A DNA stretch of 64,000 nt, from positions 56,034,878-56,098,877 of the forward strand of contig NC_052163.1 in NCBI RefSeq assembly GCF_902713615.1, written 5' to 3'. Made by a program: the position numbers and the translations under genes. Positions 37,895 to 50,380 of this stretch are shown one piece after another. The first letter of the stretch is position 1. Every line of letters begins with the position of its first letter. The notes below the pieces were generated by a model. The model was not told the DNA's origin. It searched no databases and worked only from the letters and a program-made list of their open reading frames with translations. The stretch is from Scyliorhinus canicula (Eukaryota).

Positions 37895-38915
37895 TTTTAA
37901 AATGGCAAGGCTTACCCTCCGAGTGCGGCAGCTGGTCTCCGCAAAATTCGTAGTTTACCTCGTCGCCACTGTAGTAATCCACGGGAGGAAGGAGTTCCGT
38001 CACCACACCAATATTTATTTACAATAGCGATATTACAGGAGCAGCTACAAAACAGTGCTGCTAGCAGTCCAGTCAACTTAAGACTGCTCACAAAGCCTAC
38101 ACAGGTGATTATATGGGCCCCCTCAATGAGCTATCATTGAGGGAGCACATACTCCAATTGGCCAACCAATAAAGCCAATTGGAGTTCATTACAAGCACAA
38201 AGAGGCGGATTTACAATTAATCACACTATGCCTCAGCATGGGGCCCTGACAAATTAGGGAGGGAGGTGTGTAAGTGTGTGTGTGTGGGGGGGGGGGGGGG
38301 GGATTCGATACACAGGGCATCCAATCAGAGGCTGATTGCTCAGCATTTGCTGATAGGGTCAACAAATACAAATCAACTGCAAATGCAAATCGAAATTAGA
38401 CTGTGAATGGTGACTCTGAAAGATCAGGAAAACTATTAACGAATGTTTAACTTGAGCCCGCGAGACAACAAGAGGCGAGGAACAGGCTGCCGAGGTTTGT
38501 GAATCTAGCTATGAGGAATTGAACAGGTGGCAGTTTTGTGCTGGGTGCCGACACTAGCAGACCCAGGCTAGCAACAGCAACAGACAGATGAGGCGCAACA
38601 CCCTGAAACAAGCCACAAGGAGTCGGCAAGCAGAGGAATGACCAAGGCCAGTAACAGGTACGTGACAACACCCCAAGGTGAGGGAGAGGCATGGCGGCCA
38701 CGTTCAGTGAGGCAGGATGCCGTGAGGTTCCCAGGCGAGTGAGATGAGTGAGAATGGCAGAATGTGAGGGGAGGGTGCAGACTATGAGGGGATGGGGGTG
38801 GTGGGATAGAGAGTGAGGATGTGGGGGGAGGGAGTGTGTTTAATTTTGTGAGGAAGAAGAAAGAAGGAAGTTAACCTTTATTTTTGAAAGTCTGTAACAT
38901 ATACTGAATGGCAAC

Positions 38916-39909
38916 TGTTACAACACCCTGGGCTGGCACATGGTCAATTCAATCCCCACTTGACCCAGAGTTGCAGCACAAGTGAATTAACCAATAATTT
39001 CTAGAAAAATACCCAAAGTCTTTGGTCACTGGCTGCCCACTAATTACAGTCATCAGGTTTGTAATTTTAAACACAATTACTGTTTATTTATAACAAGAAC
39101 TACAATGAAATATGCAACAACTACAACTGTTAACTATTATCTAATTTCTAATTCCCCACTTTAACTTGCCCCCCAATCTCTACATAAACAAACACAAGAC
39201 AGACAATTATAGAGGGGAAGAAAGTGTTTAAAAAATCATAAGTAAAAGGAAAAGTAAAGAGTCTTTCCTTGAGATGGTGGTTTCCAGCACATTACACCTC
39301 TTCAAAATTTGCTATCAGTTTGTGGTTTTTATTATAGATTCATTCAGGTCTCTGTAGTTTCAGAAATATAGCACTCACAGCCTTTCTGGAGAGAGATAGA
39401 GAGAGAGAGAGATGGGGAAGGTTCTTGTCTCTGTTTGCAACCTGTAATGGTTCCCCTGTAGATTCACTCATTCAGGTTCTCTGCAGCTTCAGGAGTACAG
39501 AACTCACAGCGTTCCTGGAGAGAATACAAAGGAGAGAGAGAGATACCTCCTCCCTATGTTTTTAAGAGACAAATTGGAACACTTGGGACTCTGAAAATCA
39601 TTCTACTGGGATAAGATCCAATCACCATCAGTTACCGGGCAGAGTGTACCCTTTTGACCAATTCACTGGCCACCAATCAATCAATCAATCAAACTGAGTC
39701 CCATTCCATTTCTCTGTCTCTGGTTCCGGCAAGTCTGGGGCCTCCTGTTCAAACTAATAGAGACTAGTAGGGTGTTCTCTCCTGTAACTTCTGAATTCTC
39801 CACTCTCTCTGCTGTTTGACTTGAAGATACATGTCCATTAATCATCCATGGATCAAAAATTATAAATAAAGAAAGGGAAATAAGGAGATAAACAGGAAGG
39901 ACCCTTACA
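38916..39909. mobile_element. Probable long solo LTR
   Basis: TGTTACA...CTTACA ends, internal duplicated GA-rich block; TSD imperfect. Confidence 0.55.
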
Positions 39910-40255
39910 CAGTGCATGCATTTTGTTGATTGGAGTATTTGTTCCTGCACTGGCCTGGCTCATTCTGGTCCTGCATTGGCCTGCGCTGCAGTGATGTCAT
40001 TGGTTGATTGTTCCATCTCATTGCTCATCAACAAGTTCCAAGTTTGCTCACCTCAGGACTCGCACACCGCAAAATCGGCCATCTTTACCGCCATTCTGAC
40101 AAGAGGTAAGCTTGGATTTCATATCAGCAATTATTCATATAGGCGTGTTTTTGCAAGTAAAAAAGTTGTGATAAATTTGTGAATTTTTCTGGCTTCCGTA
40201 TTTGCATTCCGTGGGATGAGAGTGGGTGGGGTCAGGAGGGACATGAGATTGGGGG

Positions 40256-40289
<34 letters not shown>

Positions 40290-40554
40290 AAATGAAGGTG
40301 AGCGTGGGCCTCCATGAGCTGTAAATCTGCCTCTGTGAACCCAAGTTTTATAGTGGAAGATGGGTTGCTGACCAGAAATTTGGAATGGACATGTCCAGTA
40401 AGGGTTTTAGCAGCTAATGAACTCAGGTAACATTTATATCAAACAATACTGCAAAGGCAGTCTTGGGGGGGATCAGATATATGGCTGAACCTCACCTTGG
40501 GATTAGATACAAAACCAAGGTCATGAATGGCCTTTTCAAATTATTCAGGGAATG

Positions 40555-43300
40555 ATCGTATAATGTTCCTGGACTAGTAATTCAGAGGGCTGTACTTATA
40601 CTCCGCAGTTATGAATTCAAATTTCACCGCTTGAAGCCCGGAAAATTTAAATCAATAAATCAGTATAAAAGGTTACAGCCGCAGTAATAATGATCAGAAA
40701 ACTATTAGGTTGGTTTTCTTCAGGGAAGGACATCTGCCATCCTTACTTGGCCTGACTTACATGTGATTCCAGACTCACGGAAGTGTGGTTGGTTGGCTCT
40801 TAATTGCCCTCTGAAATGGCTGAGCAAGTCAGTACAGAACGGTTCAATAAGAAGAAAACTGAGCATACAATGCAGCATTGACCTAAGCACTGGAATTGAC
40901 AAAGCCACACCTTGTCCTGTTCAACCCCACAGACAGTGGGCAGAACAAAGGTATCCTGCAACTAATGAATGAGATTACAACTCTGTAGTCCTGTTCCATC
41001 AAATCTTGAAAGCAGGTGAATTAAACATCCAACAGAGGAAGCCCCACATATATCACCATCCTCAAAGATTGGGGAGACCAGCACATCAGTGCAAAAGGTA
41101 GGGCTGAAGCATTTGTCACTACCTTCGACCAGAAGTGCTGAGTGAATGATCAATTTTGGTCTTCCCCTCAGGTCCCCAACATTGCACATGACCAACTTCA
41201 ACCAATTCAATTTACTTCACGTGATATCAAGAATTGGCTGTGTGCACTGGTTATAGCAAATACAATGGCCCTGGCAACATCCCAGAAGACTTGTCGTTCA
41301 GAACTAGCCACATCCCTGTGTTCCAGTACAGCTATAACATAGGCATCTACCTCACAAACTGGAAAAATGTCCAGGTGTGTTTGGCCACAAAAAACAGGAC
41401 AAATCCATTCAGGTCAATTACCACCCCATCTGTCTACTTTTGATCACCAGCAAAGTGATGGAAGGTGTCATTGGCAATGCTATCATGCTGCATTTACACC
41501 TGCCATCAATGCTCATTATGGATCTGCCAGGTCCACTGGCTCCTATCATCTTTACAGCCTTGGTCCAAACATGGACAAAAGAGCTGAATTCAGAGAATGA
41601 GGGGTACTGACTGCCCTTAGCATCAAGTTAGCATTTGACTGAGTGTGGCATCAAGGAGCCCGAGCAAAACTGTAATCAAGGAAATCAGGGATGAAACTCT
41701 ACCCTGGTTCGAGTAGTGGTGGACAACCTATGGTGGGGGGAGGGTACATGCAGCGTTCTGAGTGTGGCCTACGAGACATTGTGTTGACTGTTGCCACATT
41801 CCGCTGGTTTCTATCTGTGTAGCTTTCTTTCCTATTGTTATAACTGAGGAAGTGATCCGCATGTAAAACAAGGGCACATGAAGTGAGGTGCATTCTGAAG
41901 GCACACAACGTTGACTGTGAGAGCCATGGCTCCCTCTTCATCCAATCAAGCATAAATATTTATTTTGTTCTTACCACTTGACGTTGATGACAGTTCTATT
42001 CATATACGAATGATTAAGCATGTTCTATACATTGTTACAAAATGATCGGCATGTATTAAATATATTCAATCTTATTCAAGGCTCATAGTTAGTGAAGATG
42101 CTCGATGTCCATCTTGTGACCCATTGAGATGAAGAATGGCTACCCATGTGGCCCAATTAATAGTCTAAGTTACCCTTTGCTGGGTTAGAACGGTGCTTTG
42201 AACAAAGGTGGATGGTTCTTGTTGTTGGAGGTCAATCGTCTCAGGCTCGGGATATAAATGCAGGTTTCTCATGCTGGTGTCCCAGGCCGAACCACCCTCA
42301 GCTGCTTCATCAGTGACTTTCGCTCCATCATGAGGTCAGAGGTGAGAATGTTCACTGATGATTGCATTGTGCTCAGTATCGTTCATGTCTCCTCAGATGC
42401 AATCCAGCCTGCCTGCAGCAAGACCTGAACAACTTTATGGTTTGTGCTGAATGTGGCAAGTCACATTTTTACGACACAAGTGATAAGTAATGACCGCCTT
42501 CAAAATGAGAAAGTAACAATCTCCACTTAACTTTTGTTATTGGATCTGCCACCTTCAAAAGCCTGGGTCAGCCACAAAAATACTGTGACTACAACAACAG
42601 GTCAGAAAAAGAAATTCAGCAGCAAGTACCTCACCCGTAGATTCCCTAAACCTCTCCACCGTCAACCAGGCACAAGTCAGAAGTGTGATAGAATATTCAC
42701 TACTTGCCTGGAAGAGCACAGCTTCGCAACATTCAAGAAGCTCAACAGCATCCAGGATAAATCAGCCCACTTGATTGGCAACCCATACACCACATTAAAC
42801 AGTCCCTTAGATGTAGAGTGTAGCGAATATGTGCATGATCTGGTCGATGCGCTGAAGCGACTCCCCCGAGGTTCCTTCATCAGGACATTCAAAACCCGTA
42901 AACACTACCACCCCCAGAACAAAGACAGCTGGCTTATGGGAACACCACCACCAGCAAGCTCCCCTCCAAGTCACATGCTATTCTTTTCTTTTTAATTATT
43001 ATTTTTTTTAACTAAGGGGCATTTTGGCATGGCCAATCGAACTACCCTGCACACCTTTTGGGTTGTGGGGTGAGATCCACGCAGACACAGGGAGAATGTG
43101 AAAATTGTCACACACAATTCTGACCTGAAAATATATCATCGTTCTTTCACAGTCGCTGGGCCAGAATCCTGGAACTCCCTCCCAAATAGCAACGTGGCAG
43201 CACCAACATCACAAATACAGCAACGGTTCATAAGGCAAATCCACCAGCACCTTCTCAAGGTTGGCTTGGCCAATGACACCCACATCTGCTGAAGTCATTC
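40555..43300 (+). mobile_element. Old SINE (40555-40850) followed by a degenerate CR1/L2-type LINE ORF2, with an unclassified insertion at about 41714-42200 and a SINE fragment at 42985-43112
   Basis: NYHPICLLLITSKVME, degenerate FD.VWH and FTDD motifs, RSFTVAGPESWNSLP. Confidence 0.65.
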
Positions 43301-45304
43301 AAAAGAGGAGAGTTTTGGGGGAAGGTGATGCGGTCAATTGTATTGAAAGCCATTCAGACATGGTGAGAAATTTTCATTTTTCATTGTGTAGTCCTAAAGT
43401 ATATTATCAGTGACTTTTAACATTTCACCTGTCCCTGTACTGCAGGCCCCGTGCAATTCTATGTAATGTGAGCAGTTTCCATACATCAGGAATGACCAAA
43501 TATGAGGTTAAGTAAATTTTTACATTAACATCTGTGGATGGGTCACAATTGAATTTTTTAACCTGTTACTCTCAAAAAAAAAAGATGAATCTATATTTAA
43601 AAGGTGATGGTGGGATCTACAGACTGGATTTTGTAATTATTTGTCGGGACATCTCATACTTTAATCAGCACTTCAATGAATTATAAATCAGGCTCAATAA
43701 AGTAAACTTGAAAATATTTGTCCCACCAGCTGGCTCTGACCTTTCGGTCAACAATCCTCTTGGGGAAGTGAACTTCCATTTTAAACACAACAAAATATTT
43801 ATATAGTGTAACTCAAACCTTGAACATAGAAATTCCCAGCTACGATGTTGGGGTGGACAAGAGCCACTTGACAGTGCCAGTGTTCACCGCCATTACTGTA
43901 CTGAAATCAATAGCAACTTTGGGAGTCTGCGCATGCAAAGAGTAATGCAGAAATCCAGAGCCTGAATTTTTTGGATGCTGGGGGCTTGACCCCTGCCATC
44001 TGGAGAGTCAACAGGGAACGCATTCGTCCACACTTGAAAGCCCATCCAGACACAGCACTGCAGTGGCCAGAAGAGGTAGTGCAGTGCTGTAGAAGAGGTA
44101 GTGCAGTGCTGTGCCTGGGACTAAGTGCAGGGAGCCGGTGTGAAGATAAGTAGCAGAGTCCCGAGAAGGGTGGAGATTCCTTGGGATTCGCAAGGGGGGG
44201 GGGGGGGGGGGCGGTGTTACATTCTGGTGCTTGGGCGGTAGGAATCATGCACAAGAGAATGTCTAGTTCCTGGCTGGTTAAATGTTTATTATTAAATAGA
44301 TGCTTGGGTTAGATAAGTATGAGAAAATATCAAAAAACTACTAACTATAATAAATTATCCAAGAGCTAATACAAATATGACTTTCCACTCTGATGATTAT
44401 CTCCAGACTCCGAGGTAACAGAGCCATGTGGTTGTTCTCTACTGCCACCTGCTAGTTGGAGGTCATATACATTACTATTTACATGATAGCTTATGCATCA
44501 TCACATCCCTTTTCCTTTGGAAATGTAAACTATTTACATACATTATTTCAGTTTACAATACAATACACGTGATATGCATAATGCTTTGAGTATTCACATG
44601 TTTACAGTCCATCACACATTCAACCTGGCCGGCTTTCTTCTGTGTTTTGTCGACCTTCTCATCATTCGTTCAACTTGTGAGTTTGCTTGATCTTCAGCTG
44701 TTGTTGAAGATGATTCCTGCTGTGTTTCCGTGTTCTGTACACTTTCAGCTCGTTCTGTTTCTGTACACTGAAGTAGCATTTGTTCAGTTGTCCTGAGATT
44801 GCATTTAATATCATCCTGTGATTCTAAACAAAAAGGTTGCTAAACCTTCAGCAATGCTCTCCTGTTTTTCCTTAGAACTATCCCGTCTGCGGTGATGATA
44901 ATATATCACTGAGGACCTGACTGCTGCAGTACCTTAGCACACTTCAACTATCCGTTTCCATCCTGACTGGGTCATCTTTTAGTAATGGCTGCAGTCTTCG
45001 TGCGGATGGGTCATAATACCTCTTCTGCCTCCTTTATTGAAATGTGAGTTTCCTTGCAAGATTTTGATTCTTTGGTTTCTTTGGAATGTATGGCAAGGTT
45101 GTTCTGAGCTATCGATTCATCAATAACTGTGACAGTGAGGGTCCATTAATTAATGATGCCACTCTATAGCTAAATAACATGAGCTATGGATCTTCCTGGC
45201 TATCCATAACTTTTTGCGAACTGCTTCACAATGTGAACATCTTTTTTCAGCCTTCCCATTGGATTGTGAATACAGATGACTAGAAGTAATATGTTGGAAA
45301 CCAT

Positions 45305-46052
45305 GGGTGAAGTTCTCCCCTACCCAGCGGGGCGGGGGGTCCCGGTGTAGCGGAGTGGCGCCAACCACTCCGGTGTCGGGCCTCCCCAAAGGTGCAGAAT
45401 TCTCCGCACCTTTAGGGGCCAAGACCTCACATTGAGGGGCTAGGCCCATGCCGGAGCAGTTGGCACCACACCGACTGGCACCAAAACCGGCAACAAAGCC
45501 CTTTGATGCCCGGCGCCGGGGCTGGCCGAAAGGCCTTCGCCAGTTCGCGCATGCACCGGTGCGTCAGCTGCCGCTGATGTCGCCACTGGTGTATGCGCGC
45601 TGGGAGATTCTCTTCCGCCTCCACCATGGTGGAGGCCATGGCTGCGGCGGAAGAAAAAGAGTGCCCCCACGGCACTGGCCCGCACGCCGATCGGTGGGCC
45701 CCGATCGCGGGTCTGGCCACCGTGGGAGCACCCCCCCGGGGTCCCGCGCCCCCGCCCCCCCAGGACCCCGGGGCCCACTCGCGCCGCCATCCCGCCAGCA
45801 CAGAGGTGGTTCAAACCACGGCGGCGGGAGAGGCATCTCAGCGGCGGGACTTCAGCCCATCCGGGCCGGAGAATAACGGCAGCACAGAAACCCGTAGCCT
45901 CCCGCCAGCCCCCGCCATTCTCCGATGCGGGCGGCGGGATTGGCGGCACGCCGACTTTTTGTGTGTGGGAGAATTCTGGACATGGCAGGGGCGGGATTTT
46001 TGGCGGCCCCGGGTGATTCTCCGACCCTGCTGGGGGTCGGAGAATTTCGCCC
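45305..46052. mobile_element. GC-rich PIF/Harbinger-type MITE in the integrase
   Basis: TIR GGGTGAAGTTCTCC / GGAGAATTTCGCCC; TSD CAT. Confidence 0.85.
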
Positions 46053-47149
46053 CATAGGTTTGTGCAAACTCTGTCCATTCATAACTGCTAAAACATGGGC
46101 CATTGTCACTCATGACAATTTGAGGTATTCCATGGCGAGCAAAAAGTTATTTGGTCTGCTTGATTACACACCTAGCTAATGCGTTTGCTTGTTGTGCCAC
46201 TTCTGCAAAGTTGGAGAAATAGTCGATCACTAATAGGTATTCTTTTCCTGCCAGATAGAACAAATCCATTCCCACTTTCTGCCATTGAGTTGTAATTATT
46301 TTTCCCATTTGCATAGGTTCTTTCCATTGTTTGTACTTAAACTTCTGACAAGTTGCACAGTTTTCCATCATGACTTTAATGTCTTGATTGATGCCTGGCC
46401 AATATACTGTTTCCCTGGCTCTTCGATAACACTTTTCTATGCCTAAGTGCCCTTCATGAATCATTTTTAGAATCATTGACTGTAAAGATTGTGGCGTCAC
46501 AATCCTATTTTGCCTAAGCAAAAATCCATTGGCTGCACTTAGCTCTGCTCTAATGTTATAATATTTGGAACAGAATCCTTTGGCCATCCCTCAGTGAGAT
46601 ATTTTATTATCTTCTGCAATATTTCAATTTTGATGGATTCACCTCTGCTTAATTTTTACTTCTTTTCAGATACAGGAAGGGATTCTGTTCAAAGATTCAC
46701 ATGGATTTACACATCCTTATCCACATGTTGCTCTTCTTTCATATCTTTTGCATGAGATAGTGCACCAGCTACTACGAGATAATTACGTGGCACGTAGATG
46801 AGATTGAAATCATATCTTTGTAACTTCATTGTCACACATTGTATCCTTGGTGTCATCCTCATTCAGATTTTTCTTTACTATCGTCACAAGTGGTCTGTGG
46901 TCAGTTTCCACTAAGAATGTCGGTAGGCCGTACACGTAGTCATGGAATTTATTTAATGCATTTATTAAGGCCAAGCATTCTTTTCCTATTTGAGTATATC
47001 TGCACTCTGTGTCAGTCATTGACCGAGAGGCACATGCAATTGGAAGTCAATTTTCTTCATTGTCCTGCTGCAATAACGCTGCTCCCAACCCATCTTTCGA
47101 CGCATCAATCGATATTTTTGACTTCTTTGTAGGATCAAAGTTTCAGCAC

Positions 47150-47981
47150 TGTAGTGATCTCTGTATGTAGTAATACATGATCAAGTAATGTTAAGCAAGT
47201 AGAGGCAAATGATCACTAGATGGCCATATTACCAAGACCTATAAAAAGGTCCCCCCCCTTCTTTCCTGAGGAGAGTGCATTAGGAGCATGGAGAGTACAG
47301 AAGGGAAACAGCTAGGGAGAAGATGTTAACAGATCTTAGCATTTTCTTATTTAATACTTTAATCTATAATTATTTGTTGTTTACTGGTTCATAGAACATA
47401 GAACAGTACAGCACAGAACAGGCCCTTCGGCCCTCAATGTTGTGCCGAGCCATGATCACCCTACTCAAACCCACGTATCCACCCTATACCCGTAACCCAA
47501 CAACCCCCCCCTTAACCTTACTTTTATTAGGACACTACGGGCAATTTAGCATGGCCAATCCACCTAACCCGCACATCTTTGGACTGTGGGAGGAAACCGG
47601 AGCACCCGGAGGAAACCCACGCACACAGGGGGAGGACGTGCAGACTCCACACAGACAGTGACCCAGCCGGGAATCGAACCTGGGACCCTGGAGCTGTGAA
47701 GCATTTATGCTAACCACCATGCTACCCTGCTGCCCCCGGCCGGTGCCAGTTGGCGCATGCGCGGGAGTACCAGTGTGTGCTGGCGTCATCCCAGCATATG
47801 TGCATGGGGATTCTTCTCCCCACCGGCCCATGGTTCAGTATTGAAGTAAAAAGTACTCATTAGTTTATTTCATATTACTTATTAAATTATTTTGTCATCA
47901 CCTTGAAGACGCCGTCTATATTTCAACAACTCAGCTAGACTAAAAAGAGTAATATATATATTAAAAAATCGTAATATAACG
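47150..47981. mobile_element. Solo LTR in the Gypsy RNase H, itself carrying a SINE and a templated insert
   Basis: Homologous to 16756-17118; TSD AGCAC/AACAC. Confidence 0.8.
47392..47735 (-). mobile_element. Young HE1-like V-SINE
   Basis: Near-identical to the 2760 and 11707 copies. Confidence 0.92.
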
Positions 47982-48089
47982 AACACTGGAGCTGTTCTCA
48001 ATGCTTCCTGTAATGCTTGCCATTCATGCTCATGTCTGTTAGACCACTGGAAAATCGTGTCGTTATTGATGATTTCTCTCAAGCGTGTA

Positions 48090-48785
48090 GGGCGGGATTC
48101 TCCGTGAACCGTGTGGCAGACCACTCCGGCGCCGAGGAGTGGCATGAACCACTCCGGCATCAGGCTGCCCCGAAGGTGCGGAATCCTCCACTCCTTCAGG
48201 GGCTAGGCTGGCGCTGGAGTGTTTGGCGCGGTGCCAGCTGGCGCGGAATGTCTTGGCGTCACGCCAACTGGCGCCGAAGGGGCTCCGCCGGCCGGTGCCA
48301 GTTGGCGCATGCGCGGGAGTACCAGTGTGTGCTGGCGTCATCCCAGCATATGTGCATGGGGATTCTTCTCCCCACCGGCCCATGGCGGAGGTTAACAGCA
48401 TCTGGTTCGGAGGGAAAGAGTTCCCCCACGGCACAGGCCCGCCCGCAGATTGGTGGGCCCCGATCGCAGGCCAGACCACCATGGGGGCACCCCCTCCTCC
48501 CCCCCCGGAGACAGATCCCCCCGCGCCCCCCTAAGGACTCTGCAGGCTGCCCGTGGAGCCAGGATCCGCCGGTAAAGACCTGTTGTGACTCACACCAGTG
48601 GGACCCACCGAAAACGGGCCAGAGAATCGGCGGGTGGGCCGCTGCCAGTAGCCACCGACTGGCGCGCCGCGATTCCTGCCCCCTCCAAAACTCCGGTGCC
48701 AAAGAATTTGGCAGCCGGCGGGGGCGGGATTCATGCCGCCTGCCATCGATTCTCCAACCCGGCTGGGGGTCGGAGAATCCCGCCC
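48090..48785. mobile_element. GC-rich PIF/Harbinger-type MITE
   Basis: Perfect 14-bp TIR GGGCGGGATTCTCC / GGAGAATCCCGCCC; TSD GTA. Confidence 0.88.
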
Positions 48786-50077
48786 GTAGTTTTCGTACAA
48801 GATTAGGAATACATTTTCCTTAAAAATGTATCATACCTAGCTCCACTCCATTCTGAGGACTCATATTTTGTCTGTAGGACGTGGCATGTTCAAGATCCCC
48901 TTTATCTTCTCTTGGTCAGGGTGCATACCTTTTGCAGAAAGTTTATATCCCAAGAGTGATATTGTCGACACCAAACTTTCATTGGGTTTTATTCTACTTC
49001 AAACATTCGTTTTGATGCTTCTCAGCACTTTGATAAGCCTTTTGTCGTGTTCTTATCTTGTTGAGACCCGAACGATAATATCGTCGATATACATTCTGAC
49101 GCCTGGAATTTCTTCAATGACGTGTTCCATTGTCGTATGGAAATTTCAGATGCTGAGAAATACCAAATGATATTCTGAGAAAACTGTATCGCCCGAATGG
49201 AGTGTTAATGGTGCACAGCTTTGTGCTTTCCTCATCCAACTTGAGTTGCCAAAAAAACTGTGATGCATCTAGTTTGCTAAAACATGCCACTCCTGACATC
49301 TCATAATTTCTTCTCTCTTTCGAATAGGACAATGCTCTCTCTTGATGTTTGAATTGACATCTTTGGGATCCATATAGATTCTCAGGTCGTTATTTCTTTT
49401 CTTAGCGCAGGCCATGGAGTTCAGTCAATCCCTTGGTTCTTCAATTCATTTGATCCCATCCAGATCTGTCACTCTCTCGAGCTGATATTTTAGTTCTTCC
49501 TTTAAAGGAGCTGATGCTTGCCTTGGTGCATGTATGACTGGTTGCGCATTCTCTTTTAACTGGATTCGAAAAGTGAATGGTAAAGTGCCAAATCCTTGAA
49601 ATATTTCATGAAATTCTTTCAGGATTGAATCCACTGATGTACTTTGTGTAGTTACAGCACCATCTGCACTGCAAACTCTTTTAACTAACTTGAGTGATTC
49701 ACATGCTTCCAGTCCCAGTAATGATTCACGCTCAGCCTCTGCAATAGAAAACTTCACTTGCTGAACTTGTTCTTTACACTGACTTCTAGCTTACATTCAC
49801 CCAGAGTATTAATTCTTTTGCCATTGTAAACCTTCAACAGTGTTGCTTTATTGACAATGTGTGGTTGAATTTTCATTTCTTGCATATCCAACAAACTTCG
49901 AAGACTGGCCCTCGCACCCGTGTAAAGTTTAACATTAATTAATGTTTTATTAATCATGAGATAAACTGTCCAGTTACCTCTTTGAACACTTGTATTTGCA
50001 TCACCATTACTGCAAATTTGCTTTGAAGTTTTTTCTGATTGCATGGCGTGATAATTCTTATCTTCATTCGAAATCAT

Positions 50078-50380
50078 GGGCTAAATTCTCTGATCATGCG
50101 CCTATGTCCACAGGATCCGTATGGTCTTACGACCAGAAAGTCGGCACCTACCCCACACTGATCCTCCATCCAGTGGGGGGCCCGAAGCTGCGAAGCATAA
50201 AGGCCCAGCTTTACCTGTGGATATGGCTGGAGAATGGCCAGGTCTGTGGCTGTGCATGCGTACGGTGGCGGCCTGCGTACATGCAACATAGCGCCGGCCA
50301 CGAGCAGATCCGGTCTGCCAAACACTGTCCCCCTGTAACCAGACTCGCGATTTCGCCGTCGCAATCAGAGAATCCCACTC
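50078..50380. mobile_element. Short, older Harbinger-type MITE
   Basis: Degenerate TIR GGGCTAAATTCTC / GAGAATCCCACTC; TSD CAT/TAT; interrupts the Gypsy gag-protease region. Confidence 0.6.

Larger units (their letters stand above)
32245..38193 (-). mobile_element. Young Gypsy LTR retrotransposon with both LTRs; gag C-terminus replaced by a MULE
   Basis: LTRs 32245-32467 and 37970-38193 (TG...CA, about 8 substitutions and 1 indel); TSD AGCAC (32240-32244, 38194-38198); PBS TGGCGACGAG (37959-37968); PPT 32468-32478. Confidence 0.95.
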
